Origin: Ignavibacteriota bacterium
GTDB taxonomy: Bacteria > Bacteroidota > Ignavibacteria > UBA10030 > UBA6906
Direction: 5' to 3'
DNA length: 64,000 bases
Assembly: GCA_963801355.1 (NCBI GenBank)
Contig: CAWDEM010000004.1
Location: 928,001-992,000, forward strand
The stretch's first letter is position 1. Each line of letters opens with the position of its first letter. Made by a program: the position numbers and the translations under genes. Shown here piece after piece: positions 21,731 to 36,566 of this stretch. Under the pieces are notes generated by a model, which was given only the letters and a program-made list of their open reading frames with translations, was not told the origin of the DNA and ran no database searches.

Positions 21731-23149
21731 ATGCTCGTCCAACAACGCACCCTCAAACAACTGGGCTCCATCCACGGCGTCGGTCTGCACACCGGAAGTC
21801 TGACCACAATGACATTCCGGCCCGCCCCCGAAGACACGGGCATCCGGTTCCGTCGCATTGATATGGGCGGGTCGCCGGAGATCCCGGCGGACGTGGACCA
21901 CGTGGTCGACATTTCGCGCGGGACGACCATCGGCATCGGCGATGCCCGCGTGCACACGATCGAGCATGTGATGGCGGCACTCGTGGGGCTTGAGGTGGAC
22001 AACTGCATTATCGAACTTGACGCCAACGAACCGCCCATCGGTGACGGAAGCGCCATGCCGTATGTCGATGTGCTGCTCAAGGCCGGCTTCGAAAAGCAGA
22101 ATGCACCCAAGGACTATCTGATCATCGACCAGACCGTCACCTATCACAACGAGGCGAAAGGCGTCGATATTGTCGCATTGCCACTCGACGACTATCGTAT
22201 CACCGTGATGGTGGACTATAACAACCCCGCGCTCGGAAGTCAGCACACCGGTCTGTTCAACCTGGAAAAGGAGTTCGTGACGGAGTTCGCTCCCACGCGA
22301 ACATTCTGTTTCCTCCACGAAGTGGAAATGCTCCACAGCGCCGGGCTGATCAAGGGCGGAAATCTCGACAACGCCATCGTCATTGTCGACCGTGACCTGG
22401 ATGACGATGAAATCCGCCGCATCTCCAGCAAGCTGGGTATCACGCACGCGGTCATCCTCGGTACCAAGGGCACACTCGACGACCGCCCTCTCCGGTTCAA
22501 GAACGAGCCTGCACGGCACAAGCTGCTCGATTTGATGGGCGATCTTGCACTGATCGGTGTACCGCTGAAGGCGCAGATTCTTGCCGCGCGCCCCGGCCAC
22601 GCAAGCAACATTGAATTTGCACGGCTCATCCGCAAACTGTACCAGCAAAAGAAGCTCATACGCAAATATCAGCACGAACGCAAAGAAGGTGTGGTCTTCG
22701 ACATCAACGCGATCCAGAAGATCCTTCCTCATCGCTATCCGTTTTTGCTGATTGACAAGATCATCGATTTCAAGATCGACGAAAGCGTTGTCGGGGTGAA
22801 GAATGTCACCGTCAACGAGCCGTTCTTCGAGGGGCATTTCCCGGGTCAACCCGTGATGCCCGGCGTCCTGATCATTGAAGCCATGGCCCAGACAGGCGGG
22901 GTCCTCCTCCTCAACGGCGTGGAAAATCCCGGTGACAAACTGGTGTTCTTCATGTCCATCAACAACGCAAAGTTCCGCCGCCCGGTGGTCCCGGGGGACC
23001 AGCTGGTTTTCGAACTGAAGATGACGACGCGGAAGAGCCGGATCTGCACGATGAGCGGAAAAGCGTATGTCGACGGGAGCCTCGTCGCGGAGGCGGAACT
23101 GATGGCGTCGATTATTGATCGGAACGATGCGAAGAAACCCTCATCCTGA
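21731..23149 (+). CDS. lpxC: Bifunctional LpxC-FabZ fusion
   Basis: GVGLHTG, TIEHVMAA and RHKLLDLMGD, followed by LPHRYPFLLID and FFEGHFPGQPVMPGVLIIEAMAQ. Confidence 0.95.
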   Translation: MLVQQRTLKQLGSIHGVGLHTGSLTTMTFRPAPEDTGIRFRRIDMGGSPEIPADVDHVVDISRGTTIGIGDARVHTIEHVMAALVGLEVDNCIIELDANEPPIGDGSAMPYVDVLLKAGFEKQNAPKDYLIIDQTVTYHNEAKGVDIVALPLDDYRITVMVDYNNPALGSQHTGLFNLEKEFVTEFAPTRTFCFLHEVEMLHSAGLIKGGNLDNAIVIVDRDLDDDEIRRISSKLGITHAVILGTKGTLDDRPLRFKNEPARHKLLDLMGDLALIGVPLKAQILAARPGHASNIEFARLIRKLYQQKKLIRKYQHERKEGVVFDINAIQKILPHRYPFLLIDKIIDFKIDESVVGVKNVTVNEPFFEGHFPGQPVMPGVLIIEAMAQTGGVLLLNGVENPGDKLVFFMSINNAKFRRPVVPGDQLVFELKMTTRKSRICTMSGKAYVDGSLVAEAELMASIIDRNDAKKPSS

Positions 23150-23161
23150 AGCCGGAACACT

Positions 23162-23962
23162 ATGACGGCGCAGATTGATCCGCGGGCGGTAGTCAGTCCC
23201 AGGGCGCAACTGGGCAACAACGTGACGATCGGCCCCTTCACCGTCGTCGAAGACGGGGCGGAGATCGGCGACGGCACCAGCGTGGCCGCGAATGCGTTGA
23301 TCGCCACCGGGGCCCGAATCGGCAAAGAGTGCAGGATTCACCACGCGGCCGTCATCGGTCACGCCCCGCAGGATCTGAAGTACGCGAACGAGCTGTCCGT
23401 GTGCGAGATCGGGGATCGGACGGTGGTGCGCGAGTTTGCGGCGCTTCACCGCGGGACCGGCGAGGGGGGCCGTACCGTGATCGGCACCGATTGCTTCCTG
23501 ATGGCATTTGTGCATGTCGCGCACGACTGCGTGGTCGGCAATCAGGTGGTCATGGCCAACGCCGCAATGCTGGCAGGGCACGTCATCGTGGAAGACTGGG
23601 TAATCATCGGCGGTCTTACGCCGGTCCACCAATTTTCCCACATCGGATGCCATGCCATGGTGGGCGGCGGTGTGCGGGTTTCGAAAGATGTTCCGCCGTA
23701 TTGCCTCGCCAGCAATCACCCCCTCGTCTTCGAAGGTCTCAACTCCATCGGCCTGCGACGCAGAGGTTTCAGCAGACAAACAATCGATGCGCTTGACCGG
23801 ACCTACCAGTTGGTGTACCGGTCCGGCAAGAACGTCACGCAGGCGCTCGAGAGTATCGCGGGGGAGCCTGCCCTCATGGCATTCCCCGAGGTCGCTCACG
23901 TCGTGGAGTTTATCCGTGCCAGTGAACGGGGTATTATCGGGGCTCCGCGTCTCCGTGCCTGA
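23162..23962 (+). CDS. lpxA: Acyl-ACP--UDP-GlcNAc O-acyltransferase
   Basis: PQDLKY, HVAHDC, KDVPPY, GLNSIGLRRRGF. Confidence 0.96.
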   Translation: MTAQIDPRAVVSPRAQLGNNVTIGPFTVVEDGAEIGDGTSVAANALIATGARIGKECRIHHAAVIGHAPQDLKYANELSVCEIGDRTVVREFAALHRGTGEGGRTVIGTDCFLMAFVHVAHDCVVGNQVVMANAAMLAGHVIVEDWVIIGGLTPVHQFSHIGCHAMVGGGVRVSKDVPPYCLASNHPLVFEGLNSIGLRRRGFSRQTIDALDRTYQLVYRSGKNVTQALESIAGEPALMAFPEVAHVVEFIRASERGIIGAPRLRA

Positions 23963-24731
23963 TCCTCCGTCCGCTCCCGGCAACTGGAGATTTGAAGATT
24001 CCGGCGCATGCCGGGGTGCGGAAAACATGCGCGCCGACGAGCAACGGGCCCTCGCGCTCCAGGCGTCGTCCGGGGACGGCGCGTTCGCGTCGCTTCGCCT
24101 GTACCGCTGGCAGCCCTGGACAATCTCGCTCGGCCATCACCAGTCTCCCGAGGATCTGGACCTCGGCCGATGCGCCGCGGAGGGTATCGATGTCGTCCGG
24201 CGGCCGACGGGAGGGCGTGCGATTCTTCATGCGGAGGAACTCACCTATTGCGTGGTGATGTACACCGGGCGACGCGCCGTTATGACGGTGTACAACGATA
24301 TCAGTCGCGCTCTCGTGCGCGGCCTGCAGTTGTTCGGTGTCGAAGTCACTCTTCAGAAATCACAGCCCAACTTCCCGGAAGCGTACCGGCATGCCTCGGC
24401 CATTCCCTGCTTCACGAGTTCCGCCCGTTACGAAATCGAATGGCGGGGCCGGAAACTGGTGGGAAGCGCGCAGCGGCGGTACGGTGATGGGGAGCGTGAC
24501 GTCGTCCTCCAGCACGGATCCATTCTCTGCGGCCCGGCACACAAAAGGCTCGTGGAGTTTCTCCGCGTTGCCGATCGGGCCGTGATGGACCGTGTCCGCC
24601 GGGAGATGGAAACGAAGACCGTGGATCTCCGGGAGATCACCGGAGCCGGTGTCGCCATCGATCGCCTCGCCGGCTGCATCAAGCGCGGATTTGAGGAAGA
24701 ATGGGGGATACAGTTCAGGACGGAAATGTGA
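23955..24731 (+). CDS. Lipoate--protein ligase / octanoyltransferase (LplA/LipM family)
   Basis: NMRADE, LRLYRW, VRRPTGGRAILH, KLVGSAQ, LQHGSI. Confidence 0.85.
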   Translation: MPDPPSAPGNWRFEDSGACRGAENMRADEQRALALQASSGDGAFASLRLYRWQPWTISLGHHQSPEDLDLGRCAAEGIDVVRRPTGGRAILHAEELTYCVVMYTGRRAVMTVYNDISRALVRGLQLFGVEVTLQKSQPNFPEAYRHASAIPCFTSSARYEIEWRGRKLVGSAQRRYGDGERDVVLQHGSILCGPAHKRLVEFLRVADRAVMDRVRREMETKTVDLREITGAGVAIDRLAGCIKRGFEEEWGIQFRTEM

Positions 24732-24790
24732 ATCCACCATCCACGGTTGTGTATCCAGCTCGAGGATCCGCAACCAGCAGGAGACATGCC

Positions 24791-25615
24791 ATGAGCACAG
24801 CCCAGACCGAACAGAAGCCCCGGGTCGTCACTACCCGCTCGATCATGAAGATGAAAAGCACAGGCGAGAAAATCTGCGCGCTCACCGCGTACGATTTCCT
24901 TATCGCGCGTTTTCTCGACGAGGTCGGCATCGACATCATTCTCGTCGGAGACTCCCTGGGGAACGTTGTGCAAGGGCATGAAACCACCCTCCCGGTCACA
25001 GTGGAGGATATGATCTACCATGCCAAAGCGGTGAAACGGGCGGTGAAAAATGCGCTGATCGTGGTGGACATGCCCTTCATGTCATACCAGAACAGCCTCG
25101 AAGAGGCCGTCCGCAATTGTGGACGTGTCATGAAAGATGTGGGGGTCGGCGCGGTGAAGCTCGAAGGCGGGGCGTTCATTGCGGAGAAAGTCAGGCACCT
25201 TGTTGAAATCGGTATTCCGGTGATGGGGCACCTCGGATTGACGCCGCAGGCGATCAACAAATTCGGCACCTATGAAGTGCGCGCCACGGACAAGGCGGAA
25301 GCGGACCGGTTGGTGCGGGATGCGAAGATTCTCCAGGAGGCGGGCGTGTTTGCGATCGTCCTTGAAAAGATTCCCTCGAAGCTCGCGAAGAAGGTCACCG
25401 ACGTGCTGGCGGTCCCCACCGTCGGCATCGGCGCGGGGCCGCACTGCAACGGACAGGTTCTTGTGGTCTATGATATGCTCGGTCTGACCGAGGAATTCAA
25501 ACCCCGCTTTGTGAGGCGGTACGGGGAACTTGCCGGCGATGTCCGCAAGTCGTTCCGGAAATACATCCAGGATGTGAAATCCGGAGAGTTTCCATCAATG
25601 AAGGAGAGCTATTGA
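24791..25615 (+). CDS. panB: 3-methyl-2-oxobutanoate hydroxymethyltransferase
   Basis: LTAYD, LVGDSLG, VKLEGG, GHLGLTPQ, IGIGAG-like motif. Confidence 0.96.
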   Translation: MSTAQTEQKPRVVTTRSIMKMKSTGEKICALTAYDFLIARFLDEVGIDIILVGDSLGNVVQGHETTLPVTVEDMIYHAKAVKRAVKNALIVVDMPFMSYQNSLEEAVRNCGRVMKDVGVGAVKLEGGAFIAEKVRHLVEIGIPVMGHLGLTPQAINKFGTYEVRATDKAEADRLVRDAKILQEAGVFAIVLEKIPSKLAKKVTDVLAVPTVGIGAGPHCNGQVLVVYDMLGLTEEFKPRFVRRYGELAGDVRKSFRKYIQDVKSGEFPSMKESY

Positions 25616-25622
25616 GGGGATG

Positions 25623-25687
25623 AGGCAATAGGCATCAGGCACGAGGGAGAAACCCAGTGCCTCGTGCTCCGTGCCTCCTGCCTGCTC
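25623..25687. repeat. Heptamer-period inverted repeat array
   Basis: AGGCAAT AGGCATC AGGCACG AGGGAGA ... GTGCCTC GTGCTCC GTGCCTC CTGCCTG. Confidence 0.55.
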
Positions 25688-25697
25688 TTTATCACCT

Positions 25698-26477
25698 ATG
25701 CTGCACATTCTCATATGCAACGACGACGGCATTGACGCATCCGGAATTTTTGCGCTGGTGCAGGAGATCAGGAAGATCGCGCGTGTGACCGTGGTCGCAC
25801 CCGACCGTCAGCAGAGTGCTGTGGGACACGCAATCACGATGCAGTACCCGCTGCGGGCGTTCCCCTTTCACAAGAATGGCGAGTTGTTCGGGTACGCGGT
25901 CAAAGGCACTCCGGCCGATGCGGTGAAACTCGCTGTCAAGCAGCTGGTGAAGGAACCGGTGGACATGGTTCTCTCGGGGATCAACCACGGTTCCAATACC
26001 GCAATCAATATCATGTACTCCGGTACGGTGTCAGCGGCGACCGAAGGGACGATACTCGGCATTCCCTCGATAGCCGTCTCACTCACAACCTACGGTGAGG
26101 CCGACTTCAGCCCGGCGGCCCGGTTTGCGGCACGGCTCGTGCAGTTGGTGGCCGACAAAGGGCTGCCCGCGGGAACATTGCTGAATGTCAACGTGCCCCC
26201 GCTTCCGGCAGAGAAGATCCGCGGGGTGAAGATCACGGCGCAGGGGAAATCCTCGTGGGAAGATACGTTTGATGTGCGTTGTGATCCCGCCGGCCGTGAA
26301 TATTTCTGGTTGACCGGCCACATGAACGTCACGGACACCGATCGCGACACCGACGAGGTGGCCATTGGCGAGGGGTATATTTCCGTGACGCCGATTCATT
26401 ACGATCTTACCGACAGGCGGCAATTGGGCGTGATGAGGGATTGGGACATTGCCTCATTGCTTTCCCGATCCGTGTGA
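25698..26477 (+). CDS. surE: 5'/3'-nucleotidase SurE
   Basis: ILICNDDG, GTPADAV, SGINHG, YSGTVSAA. Confidence 0.96.
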   Translation: MLHILICNDDGIDASGIFALVQEIRKIARVTVVAPDRQQSAVGHAITMQYPLRAFPFHKNGELFGYAVKGTPADAVKLAVKQLVKEPVDMVLSGINHGSNTAINIMYSGTVSAATEGTILGIPSIAVSLTTYGEADFSPAARFAARLVQLVADKGLPAGTLLNVNVPPLPAEKIRGVKITAQGKSSWEDTFDVRCDPAGREYFWLTGHMNVTDTDRDTDEVAIGEGYISVTPIHYDLTDRRQLGVMRDWDIASLLSRSV

Positions 26478-26532
26478 GGCTTCGGGGGTGCAGCAAAGGG
26501 GGGGTGTTTTCTGGGTTTGTCTGGTGGCGGAG

Positions 26533-26561
26533 TTGACATTAAGGGGGGAAAAGCTTACCAT
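26533..26561 (+). promoter_or_regulatory. rrn P1 promoter
   Basis: TTGACA-17-TACCAT. Confidence 0.65.
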
Positions 26562-26669
26562 ACTAACCCTTCACGGGAACCGCCAGGCAGGCCCTTAGCG
26601 TTGTTGAGTGCAGCCCATTTCGGGCACGGAATTCCACGAAATAATTCGTGTGAGAGAAACATCCGGTAC

Positions 26670-26698
26670 TTGACATCGCGGGGAAAAGGTTGTATATT
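26670..26698 (+). promoter_or_regulatory. rrn P2 promoter
   Basis: TTGACA-17-TATATT. Confidence 0.75.
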
Positions 26699-26739
26699 AA
26701 AAGCCCGCCACGATTGCGGTCTTCAAGCAAGACGAAGAA

Positions 26740-26751
26740 TGTTCTTTGAAA
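26740..26751 (+). promoter_or_regulatory. boxA antitermination element (second copy at about 28796-28807)
   Basis: TGTTCTTTGAAA in the leader and TGTTCTTTGACA in the spacer. Confidence 0.7.
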
Positions 26752-26862
26752 AACAGTGTGCATAGCCAAAGTCAATGACTCCGAGCACTCAATCTTGGCG
26801 ATCCTTTCTACTGAAAGGTAGGGAGTGAGCGCTGAGTATCAGACTCAACGGTGTAATAAACC

Positions 26863-28404
<1,542 letters not shown>

Positions 28405-28548
28405 AGTCTTATGGTGCCATCGACCCTTCACGGGGGTCGCAACGGTACCGTGAGCAGAGTCTCGAAGTCATTACACTGCGGCTATGCACACTTATTATTG
28501 TACACATTGACAATTGTCAATTGTCCGTTGACAGTTGTCAGTTGTGAT

Positions 28549-28622
<74 letters not shown>

Positions 28623-28675
28623 CAAACCGTCAGGTAGGGTTGCGCGAACGTGGTCGCTGGATCACCGGAGTCTAC

Positions 28676-28748
28676 GGGGCTATAGCTCAATTGGGAGAGC
28701 GCCTGGTTTGCAACCAGGAGGTTACCGGTTCGATCCCGGTTAGCTCCA
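28676..28748 (+). tRNA. tRNA-Ala(TGC)
   Basis: GGGGCTA acceptor stem with G3:U70, TTTGCAA anticodon loop, GTTCGA T-loop. Confidence 0.95.
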
Positions 28749-28974
28749 CAACCAATGGACGATAGTCTATAGTCGATTGACTATGGTCAATTGGTTGTTC
28801 TTTGACAAACAGGAAGAGCTGGTTCGGTGGCAACGTCGGTAGTTGTCCCGCGGTATGCGGGACGAACAAAGGCGATGCGGCCGGCCGCTGAAAGTAAACT
28901 GATCAAGAATTCTGTCAAGATGTATTCTTATTGGAGCACCTGATGTTTCTGTATCGGGATCAATAAGGATTTTT

Positions 28975-32031
<3,057 letters not shown>

Positions 32032-32128
32032 TATTATTCTTATTGTCCCCGATATGCATCGGGTGCCCCAATAAGAATACGCTCAGTGCGCTTTCAGCTC
32101 CGCTCTTCCGATTGTCAGAATTGAAACA

Positions 32129-32244
32129 TCTGGCGACCATAGCGAAGGTGTTACACCCGATCCCATTCCGAACTCGGCAGTTAAGCCCTTCAGCGCCGAT
32201 GGTACTACTCGTGCGAACGTGTGGGAGAGTAGGTCGTTGCCAGA
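32129..32244 (+). rRNA. rrf: 5S rRNA
   Basis: TCTGGCGACC...GATCCCATTCCGAACTCGG...GGTCGTTGCCAGA. Confidence 0.97.
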
Positions 32245-32253
32245 GTTATTGTG

Positions 32254-32284
32254 AAAAGCCCCGTCCCCCCCGGACGGGGCTTTT
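32254..32284 (+). terminator. Intrinsic terminator of the rrn operon
   Basis: AAAAGCCCCGTCC-loop-GGACGGGGCTTTT. Confidence 0.9.
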
Positions 32285-32396
32285 GCTTGTCTCCGCTCCA
32301 CTGGCAGATGATCGAGGAAAGCCTTATATTATCCCCGTTTAGGCGTCCGTTATCACTGACCCCAGTCTATCACCACTCTCGTCCGGAAATTGCACC

Positions 32397-33272
32397 ATGC
32401 CGAACTACTCACTCCGCAACATCGCCGCCGTTGCATCCCTCATCCTGCTCGTCCTCTGGCCCGGCTGCAGCCGTAGAAGCGACTCCGCCGGCACCACGCT
32501 GCAGATCAAAGGGTCCGATACCATGGTGAACCTCTCCCAGGCCTGGGCGGAAGAGTTCATGAAAAAGAACCCGGGGACATCGGTTGCCGTGACGGGAGGC
32601 GGATCCGGTAACGGGATCACTTCACTCATCAGCAACACCTGCAACATCGCCGAAGTCTCCCGCGAAATGAAGGAGTCGGAAATTGCCCTCGCACGACAAC
32701 GCGGCGTAGAGCCGAAAAAGATCATCGTCGCACTCGACGGGCTCGCCGTTGTCGTCAATCCCGCCAATCCGGTGGACCAGCTCACCATGCCGCAACTTGC
32801 CGACATCTACACGGGCAAGATCACCAACTGGAAACAGGTCGGGGGACGCGATGCGAAGATCGTTCTGCTCTCACGCGAAGTGAATTCCGGAACCCATGTG
32901 TATTTCAAAGAGCACGTGCTGCGTCACGGAAGTAGCGACGCAAAGGAAGAGTTCTCCCCGGAAGCCCTCCTGCTTCCTAGCTCCCAGGCAATAGTGGATG
33001 AGGCGTCTCAAAACCACGATGCAATCGGGTACTTTGGCATGGGGTACATCAACGCACACATCAAGGTCCTCAAAGTCGCCGTTGATGCACAGGCACCGTT
33101 CTTTGCGCCTACCGTTGCATTGATTCAAAACAACACGTATCCGATCTCCCGGCCGCTGATCTTCTACACGAAAGGCGAGCCGGTAAGTCTGACAAAGACC
33201 TTCGTGGATTTCGTCCTCTCACCCGAAGGACAGCACATTGTGCGAACCCTGGACTTTGTTCCCGTGCTGTGA
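32397..33272 (+). CDS. pstS: Phosphate ABC transporter substrate-binding lipoprotein
   Basis: Lipobox, IKGSDTM, GGGSGNG, SREVNSGT, YPISRPL. Confidence 0.93.
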   Translation: MPNYSLRNIAAVASLILLVLWPGCSRRSDSAGTTLQIKGSDTMVNLSQAWAEEFMKKNPGTSVAVTGGGSGNGITSLISNTCNIAEVSREMKESEIALARQRGVEPKKIIVALDGLAVVVNPANPVDQLTMPQLADIYTGKITNWKQVGGRDAKIVLLSREVNSGTHVYFKEHVLRHGSSDAKEEFSPEALLLPSSQAIVDEASQNHDAIGYFGMGYINAHIKVLKVAVDAQAPFFAPTVALIQNNTYPISRPLIFYTKGEPVSLTKTFVDFVLSPEGQHIVRTLDFVPVL

Positions 33273-33291
33273 ACCGGCTCCCTGACGCTGC

Positions 33292-34173
33292 ATGACAGTC
33301 CGCAAGCTGAGAGAATGGTGCATTGAACGCCTGGTCTTCCTGAGCGGGATCACGTCGATTATCATTGTGGTCCTGATTTTCGTTTTTCTGCTGAAAGAAG
33401 GTCTGGCGATATTCGGCCATGTCAGCGTGCTTCAGTTTCTCTTCGGCGGCAACTGGTATCCGATCTCCGACCCTCCTCAATTCGGTGCATTTCCCCTGAT
33501 TGTCGGATCCGTGTTCGTCACGCTGGGAGCAGCCGTCATTTCTGTCCCCCTGGGCGTTGCGAGCGCGCTGTACGTCGCGGAAATCGCGCCGAAGAGAACG
33601 AAGGAAATTCTCAAAGCGGGCATCGAGCTTCTGGCCGCCATCCCTTCAGTGGTAATCGGGTTCATCGGCATGGTGACCCTCGGTCCCGCCATCAAATCCC
33701 TGTTCGGCCTCCCGACCGGTCTGACAGCACTCACCGGTTCCATCACCCTGGCGTTCATGGCTTTGCCTACCATCGTTTCGATAGCCGAAGACGCCATTAC
33801 GGCCGTGCCGCGGCAATACCGTGAAGCCGCTGCGGCAATGGGTGCCACGACATGGCAGACCACCTGGCGGATCGTCGCGTATGCGGCCCGCCCGGGTATG
33901 CTTGCCGCGGTGATGCTGGGTATCGGCCGCGTGATCGGCGAAACGATGGCAGTGATGATGGTGACGGGCAACGCCGCGCTCATACCACACAGCATCCTGC
34001 AGCCGGTTCGAACGCTGACTGCAACCATCGCGGCCGAGATGGGGGAAACCGTGCAGGGCGGCGACCACTACGCCGCTCTGTTCGCCATCGGCATCGTGCT
34101 GTTTGTGATTACGTTTGCCATCAACGGTGTCGCAGAACTGTATCTGCACCGGACAACGAAGAGACGAGAATGA
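33292..34173 (+). CDS. pstC: Phosphate ABC permease PstC
   Basis: ELLAAIPSVVIG, GRVIGETMAV. Confidence 0.93.
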   Translation: MTVRKLREWCIERLVFLSGITSIIIVVLIFVFLLKEGLAIFGHVSVLQFLFGGNWYPISDPPQFGAFPLIVGSVFVTLGAAVISVPLGVASALYVAEIAPKRTKEILKAGIELLAAIPSVVIGFIGMVTLGPAIKSLFGLPTGLTALTGSITLAFMALPTIVSIAEDAITAVPRQYREAAAAMGATTWQTTWRIVAYAARPGMLAAVMLGIGRVIGETMAVMMVTGNAALIPHSILQPVRTLTATIAAEMGETVQGGDHYAALFAIGIVLFVITFAINGVAELYLHRTTKRRE

Positions 34174-35015
34174 ACGTCCGGACACAACAACGCATTGCAG
34201 TCACAATCCTCTTCCTCTGCACCGTGCTCGTCATTCTGCCTGTGATCATCGTTCTGGCGATCATCACCTACAAAGGCATATCAGCACTCTCCTTCGAGTT
34301 CATCTTCGGCATGCCGGAAAGCGGCATGAATGCAGGGGGTATATTCCCCGCATTGCTCGGAACGATCTATCTGGTGACAGGCGCCGTGCTGTTTGCCGTG
34401 CCCCTGGGGGTGATGTCGGCGATTTACCTCGTCGAGTACTCGAAAGACAACGCCGTCAGCCGTCTGATCAAGCTGGCCATCGTCAATCTTGCCGGCGTCC
34501 CTTCTGTCGTCTACGGCCTGTTCGGCCTCGGCGTTTTCGTCGCGTTCTTCGGGTTCGGTGTTTCCATCCTGTCCGGATCCCTGACACTCGGCATCATGAT
34601 CCTCCCCGTGATCATTACGGCGTCGCGGGAAGCACTGGAAAGCGTTCCGTCGTCATTCCGGATGGTGAGCTTTTCGCTCGGCGCCAGCCGCTGGCAGACC
34701 ATCAGGCATGCCGTCCTTCCGCATGCGTTGCCGGGAATTCTGACCGGTACCATTCTCGGACTGGGAAGGGCCGCTGGCGAGACTGCGCCCATCCTCTTCA
34801 CCGTGGCGGCGTTCTATCTGCCCACGTTGCCGACGTCGGTCTTCGACCAGACAATGGCGCTGCCCTATCACCTCTACGTGATTTCCACGCAGGTCCCGGG
34901 AATACGGGAGGACTTCAGGTTCGGCACAGCTCTCGTGCTGTTGTTGCTTGTGCTGATCCTGAACCTTGCTGCCATCATCCTCCGGTATCGATTCCGGAAG
35001 AAGAAACGGTGGTGA
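34170..35015 (+). CDS. pstA: Phosphate ABC permease PstA
   Basis: NLAGVPSVVYGLFG, GRAAGETAP; ATGA overlap with pstC. Confidence 0.93.
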   Translation: MNVRTQQRIAVTILFLCTVLVILPVIIVLAIITYKGISALSFEFIFGMPESGMNAGGIFPALLGTIYLVTGAVLFAVPLGVMSAIYLVEYSKDNAVSRLIKLAIVNLAGVPSVVYGLFGLGVFVAFFGFGVSILSGSLTLGIMILPVIITASREALESVPSSFRMVSFSLGASRWQTIRHAVLPHALPGILTGTILGLGRAAGETAPILFTVAAFYLPTLPTSVFDQTMALPYHLYVISTQVPGIREDFRFGTALVLLLLVLILNLAAIILRYRFRKKKRW

Positions 35016-35019
35016 GCCG

Positions 35020-35769
35020 ATGCCGACCCACATCTCCGTCCACGATCTTTGTCTTCACTACGGGGACACGTGCGTGCTCAGGAATCTCTCGCTCGAGATC
35101 CAGAGGAATGAGATCTTTACGATTATCGGACCCGCCAATTCGGGGAAGTCGTCGTTTCTCCAGACGTTGAACCGCCTGAACGAACTGCATGCGGACTTCA
35201 AGAAAACCGGAAAGGTGACTCTGGATGATGTCGACATTGACACGATCGATGTTGAACAGCTGCGCGCACGGGTCGGCATTGTCTTCGCCCTTCCGTTTCC
35301 CCTGCCGTTGTCGATTGCCGACAATATCACCTACGGCCCCCGGATGCACGGCGTTCACCAGAAAGAGAAGCTTGCGGACCTGGTCGAACGGAGCCTGCGC
35401 GAAGCATACCTCTGGGATGAAGTGAAAGACCGCCTGCACCGGCCCGCCATGAATCTCTCGGGAGGCCAGCAACAGCGTCTCTGCATCGCCCGCGTGCTGG
35501 CCGGGCAGCCGGAAGTGATCCTGTTCGATGAACCCACGTCCGGGCTGGATCCCATTTCAACGGCGCGCGTGGAAGAAACGATGCTGGTGCTGCGCGAACG
35601 GTATACGATCATTCTGGTGACCAACAACGTCGCCCAGGCGGCCCGCGTCGGGACGCGCACCGCATTCTTCCTGATGGGCGACCTGGTGGAGCTGGGTGCG
35701 ACCAAGGATGTGTTCACGCGGCCGTCGGATCCGCGCACGGACGAATATGTGACCGGAAAATTCGGATAG
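35020..35769 (+). CDS. pstB: Phosphate ABC ATPase, copy 1 (degenerate Q-loop and H-loop)
   Basis: GPANSGKS, LSGGQQQRLCIAR, DEPTSGLD, TDEYVTGKFG. Confidence 0.88.
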   Translation: MPTHISVHDLCLHYGDTCVLRNLSLEIQRNEIFTIIGPANSGKSSFLQTLNRLNELHADFKKTGKVTLDDVDIDTIDVEQLRARVGIVFALPFPLPLSIADNITYGPRMHGVHQKEKLADLVERSLREAYLWDEVKDRLHRPAMNLSGGQQQRLCIARVLAGQPEVILFDEPTSGLDPISTARVEETMLVLRERYTIILVTNNVAQAARVGTRTAFFLMGDLVELGATKDVFTRPSDPRTDEYVTGKFG

Positions 35770-35772
35770 GCG

Positions 35773-36531
35773 ATGGAATCAGCGATCATCCAGACACGGC
35801 GGTTGAATCTGTTCTACGGGGACTTCCATGCCCTGATCGACATCGACATTGACATCATGGAACGCCAGATTACCGCACTGATCGGACCATCGGGCTGCGG
35901 CAAATCCACGCTGGTACGGGTCTTCAACAGGATGAATGACCTCATCGACGGGACACGGGTGACCGGCGACGTCCGCGTGCACAACGAGAACATCTATGCC
36001 CCCAGGGTGGATCTCATCGCCCTCCGGTCACGCGTCGGCATGGTCTTTCAGCGTCCGAATCCGTTCCCCCTGTCCGTCCGGGACAACATCACGTTCGGGT
36101 TGGAGATTCACCGGCAGGCACAGCGCAATGAGTTCGACGGCATTGTGGAACGGGCATTACGCGCGGTGCTGCTGTGGGAGGATCTGAAGGACCGGCTCAG
36201 CGACTCCGCGCTTTCCCTCTCACTGGAGCAGCAGCAACGCGTCTGTATTGCCCGGGTCCTCGTCATGCGGCCGGAAATCATCCTGATGGATGAACCCTGT
36301 TCCGCGCTCGATCCGATTGCCACTCTGCGCATTGAAGAACTGATGCGCGAACTCAAAAAGCAGTACACGATCGTCATTGTGACCCATAACATGCAGCAGG
36401 CCGCCCGGGTGAGTGATGCGACAGCGTTCCTCTATCTCGGTCAGCTTGTGGAATTCGGTGAGACCAAACAGATTTTTACCGCGCCGGCGCAGCAACGAAC
36501 CGAAGAATATATCACCGGCAGGTTCGGGTAA
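35773..36531 (+). CDS. pstB: Phosphate ABC ATPase, copy 2 (degenerate signature motif)
   Basis: [32 protein letters not shown]. Confidence 0.9.
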   Translation: MESAIIQTRRLNLFYGDFHALIDIDIDIMERQITALIGPSGCGKSTLVRVFNRMNDLIDGTRVTGDVRVHNENIYAPRVDLIALRSRVGMVFQRPNPFPLSVRDNITFGLEIHRQAQRNEFDGIVERALRAVLLWEDLKDRLSDSALSLSLEQQQRVCIARVLVMRPEIILMDEPCSALDPIATLRIEELMRELKKQYTIVIVTHNMQQAARVSDATAFLYLGQLVEFGETKQIFTAPAQQRTEEYITGRFG

Positions 36532-36566
36532 CCAAGGCGGTGTGCACGTGAACCCCAGGAGAACGT

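Noticed and set aside
21731-23149. lpxC-fabZ fusion and duplicated skp as novelties
   Set aside because: Both are known features of Bacteroidota/Chlorobi-related genomes.
20442-24028. Long antisense ORFs (e.g. 20442-21686, 21665-22849; similar ones at 49605-50684 and 58744-60828)
   Set aside because: These are shadow frames of well-supported genes in GC-rich DNA and carry no motifs.
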